Below are positions 60,900 to 64,000 of a stretch of DNA of 64,000 bases, in pieces. Made by a program: the position numbers and the translations under genes. The notes below the pieces were generated by a model. The model saw nothing but the letters and a program-made list of their open reading frames with translations, did not search any database and was not told the origin of the DNA. How positions within the stretch are numbered: position 1 is the stretch's first letter; every line of letters starts with the position of its first letter. Origin of the DNA: the human T2T-CHM13v2.0 reference genome, Homo sapiens; assembly GCF_009914755.1 (NCBI RefSeq), contig NC_060937.1; one strand, 5' to 3'.

Positions 60900-61672
60900 A
60901 TGGCCCAAGTCAGTAAGCTAGTGGTTCTCCTGGACAGCTTCCTCACTCCCTCCTGCCTGCCAACATACACATAACCAATCCTTCCCCTTGCCTTCCAGAT
61001 TCTGCCTAAAAGAATATGTCCACTTTCTTCCACTCTCTTCACTCTACACCATCACCTGAATCCAAACAGCCCCAGAAACTCTCACCTGGATTTCTGCAAC
61101 ACCCACTAACTGGTCTCGCTGTTTCTACTATTGGCCTCTCTGATCCATTTGCTACACAATAGACAAAGATATAATTTTAAAAACAGAATCTAGATTATGT
61201 CACTCTCCTGCTCCATGTCACTGCCTTCAGTGTTGTTCATCTCACTTGGGATAAAATACAAAATCCTTAACAGGGATGCAAGGCATCTGTGTTCTGCCCC
61301 TGCCTGTCTCTCCAGCCCTTTTTCCTGCAGAACTGCCCCTCATGCACTTCGCTGGCTACACGGGCCTTTTCAGTCTCTCAAGTTGAGTCAAGCTCTCCTG
61401 TGTCTCTTCATAGAGGTTAGAAATCCCTGTTACACTTTCTAATAGGACTCAGGACTTTCATTTCATGCAGTTATCTAAATGCATAAATTTCTTGTTTGTG
61501 TGATTATTGGTTATTGGTTTAATATCTGTCTCTCCCATTAGCTTACAACCGCTATGAGGGCAGAGAACATGTCTGCTTTGTTCTCCATTGTATACCCACC
61601 CAATGCCTAGCAAGGTATCCGGCTCATGGTGAGCCCTCATCACATGTTTGTCAAATGAATGATTAAGTGAAC
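60900..61672 (+). mobile_element. L2 3' portion
   Basis: ctctcacctggatttctgcaacacccactaactggtctc...agattatgtcactctcctgctc...tatgagggcagagaacatgtctg...tttgtcaaatgaatga. Confidence 0.8.
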
Positions 61673-62479
61673 AAACCCAGATATCAGTTATATCACAAGA
61701 AATATTTCCTGGTTATGCCCTTAATCTGTTGCATCCAAATTTATTCAAGAGTTACATGATGAAGAGCAAACAAAACACATAATTCTTTTGCTAAAGTGGA
61801 GGATGCATTCCAAGGACATACTTCTTGGTTTGACAGTTCATTTCTAGAGGCAGAAATATTGCAGGCAATCATCAGATGTAGCCCAAGGCACCAGACAAGG
61901 GTTTATCTTGCAAACATCATGAAATACTTTATAAATTAGGCAATTTCAGTCTGCAAGAGATAAAGACATACTCAGCTTGTCTCAGTGGAGGTCTATCAGT
62001 TAGGATTCTTAATATTGCATGTGACAAAAGACCTAACTCAAGCTGCATTAAACAACAAAGAGGACGTATTGGCTTCATAACTGAAAAGTCTAGACACAGG
62101 ACGTCCTTCTTCGGGAAAGGCATGATTCTGTGGCCTACTGATGTACCAGCGGACAAGTTCCTCTCTGTGGTTTACTTGCCAGCCATGCATTTCTTTGACC
62201 TTAGGTTGCACAAGGTCATTCAGGTTCTCCTTTCATGGAAACAAAAGGGCTGCAGCCACCCCACCCTCTCATCCTCATAACCCCTGAGCTAGAGAAGAGA
62301 GCATTTTTCTTCCAGAATCTTCTGCAGTGAGTCTCAAACCTGACTGATGAGCAGAATCACACGACAAGCTGATTTCTAGAGTCCCATGCCAGCATCTCCA
62401 CCCAAACTTGGTGTATCTGGTATATGGCCTGAGAATCTTCAATTATTGAATATCCTTTACAGAAAACTCTAAAGGAGAA

Positions 62480-63620
62480 ACCAAAATTGTCCCATAACTC
62501 CACCTTTCAGATGACACTTACTGAAGTTCTCCACTAAAACTAATCAATGCACAAAGTAGGAAGTAGGAAAATCAAGCAGTACTGAATGAAAGGTAAGAAC
62601 CTCTCTTCTCATCCTTCCCTCAAAGTTGCCACTGTTATCAGCTTCTTGTAGATTTTCCATTGAAAAAGAATTTGTGCATTTACCAAAGTATATGGTGTGT
62701 CATTTTAAAAGTTATGTGGAAAATGGATTACACCATTTATACTGCTCTGCTGCTTGATTTTTTCATTGCACAACATAACTCAGAGACTGCTCTATATCAG
62801 CAAATGGAGTTCCTACTAAATCTCTTTAAAAGATCTAAGAGTGTGCCACAGTTTATTTATCCAGGTTCCTATTGATGGACATTGAGGTTGTTTGCTATAC
62901 AAATAACGCTGCTGTGGGCATCCATTCTTGCCGACGTTGATACTCTTCTGTGGGAAATTTCAGAATCAGCTCCCATCAGTAGAATTGCTGGGTCAAAGGT
63001 TACTCATGTTTTAAAAATGTTGATGTATGTTGACAAAATTCCTTTAGTTGAAATTTACTAGTCTGGTCTCTATTACCATTTCGAACTTCACAAATTGTGC
63101 CCTTAGTTACACGCGGGTGCCTTATGGCAGTATGGGATGGGGGCGCAGAGAATCTATGTTTTTAAAAGTTCATCATGTGATTCAGAAGCTCATGCAGGTG
63201 TGAGAACCACCGCCCCACCTTGTCACACAGGTGCCAAAATCCACCAAGTTTGCATTCACTGGCATCTGCTTCCATACTCTCATCAGCAATGGGCATCATG
63301 AAACTTTATAATTTTTGCTAATCAGATTCATGAAAAGTGGTCTGGCATTGTTCTGATTTGCGTCTCTTTATTTCTGAGGAAGGATGAGCAGCTCTTCATA
63401 TGTTTCTTGGTCACTGGTATTTCTTTTCCATGTTCTGCCAGTTCAGATTCCTGGCCCAGCATTTATTGAGTTGTTTGTATATTTCTTATTTATAGACATT
63501 TGTTGCAAATTAAAGAAATTAGTGTGTCTTCCATCTATATTCCAAATACTGTTTTCCCCTTGTTTATAATTTCTTCTGACTGATTCATGAGTTTGTTTGT
63601 TTGTTTAGCTTTACAGAAGG
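62480..63620 (-). mobile_element. Old L1 (L1ME-like) fragments, with a MER5-like piece at about 63140-63212
   Basis: cctattgatggacattgaggttgtttgctatacaaataacgctgctgtg...gaattgctgggtcaaagg...tgcgtctctttatt...cttcatatgtttcttggtca. Confidence 0.7.
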
Positions 63621-64000
63621 ATTTTGCTTCATTCTGTTTTAATATGGTGATATTTTTAAATCTTTGGTCTTTATGGTTTCTGGAGGAATCAAGTTTTTAA
63701 AACTCCCCAGGTGATTCTGATGAGTTTGAGAGTCACTGTCTTACAGGATATAAATAAGGAACCGAATACAGTCCCTACCCTTTGGGGTTTACAACTGTAT
63801 GGGAGAAAGACGAGCTTATACATAAAAGAGAACAAGAGATAAAGGGCACTGCGAAGTTTCAAATGAGCCATGCAGATTCTTGGCTTGGCATCAAGAGCCT
63901 GCCCACTCCACGCTCCTCTCCTCAGCACCCTTTCCTCTCAGATCCTCGTGGAGGTGAGTGGGAGATCCCATCAGGCAGCAGAAGGCAGAGAAAAGCCAGC

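Overview
This is primate (very probably human) genomic DNA, intergenic or deep intronic, made up largely of transposable elements. I see no convincing protein-coding exon, RNA gene, CpG island, CRISPR array or prokaryotic-type system. Nearly all ORFs in the track are spurious Alu, LTR or L2 reading frames. The main structure is a cluster of three same-orientation (+) non-autonomous MER4-group ERV1 elements. One is a two-LTR provirus at 10594-19382 (LTR29/MER83-like, with PBS and TSD). One lacks its 5' LTR and ends in LTR54 (about 24030-28268). One lacks its 5' LTR and ends in MER101 (about 41456-50372). All three keep decayed env TM fragments, and the third also has gag and protease remnants. 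Around and inside them lie solo LTRs (LTR8, two PABL, LTR12F, two MER34, MER67-like, MER21, MSTA, THE1, several MLT1), about 24 Alus, hAT transposons (MER1B, three MER5, MER63) and old L1M, L2 and MIR fragments, many nested with visible TSDs. The most unusual local observations are an Alu that appears to have carried about 137 bp of foreign L2-like flank into an ERV, a micro-inversion inside an AluY and a nested 66-bp tandem duplication. Repeat subfamily names come from my recall of consensus sequences, not from a search, and need Dfam/RepeatMasker confirmation. I found no evidence for a new biological system.
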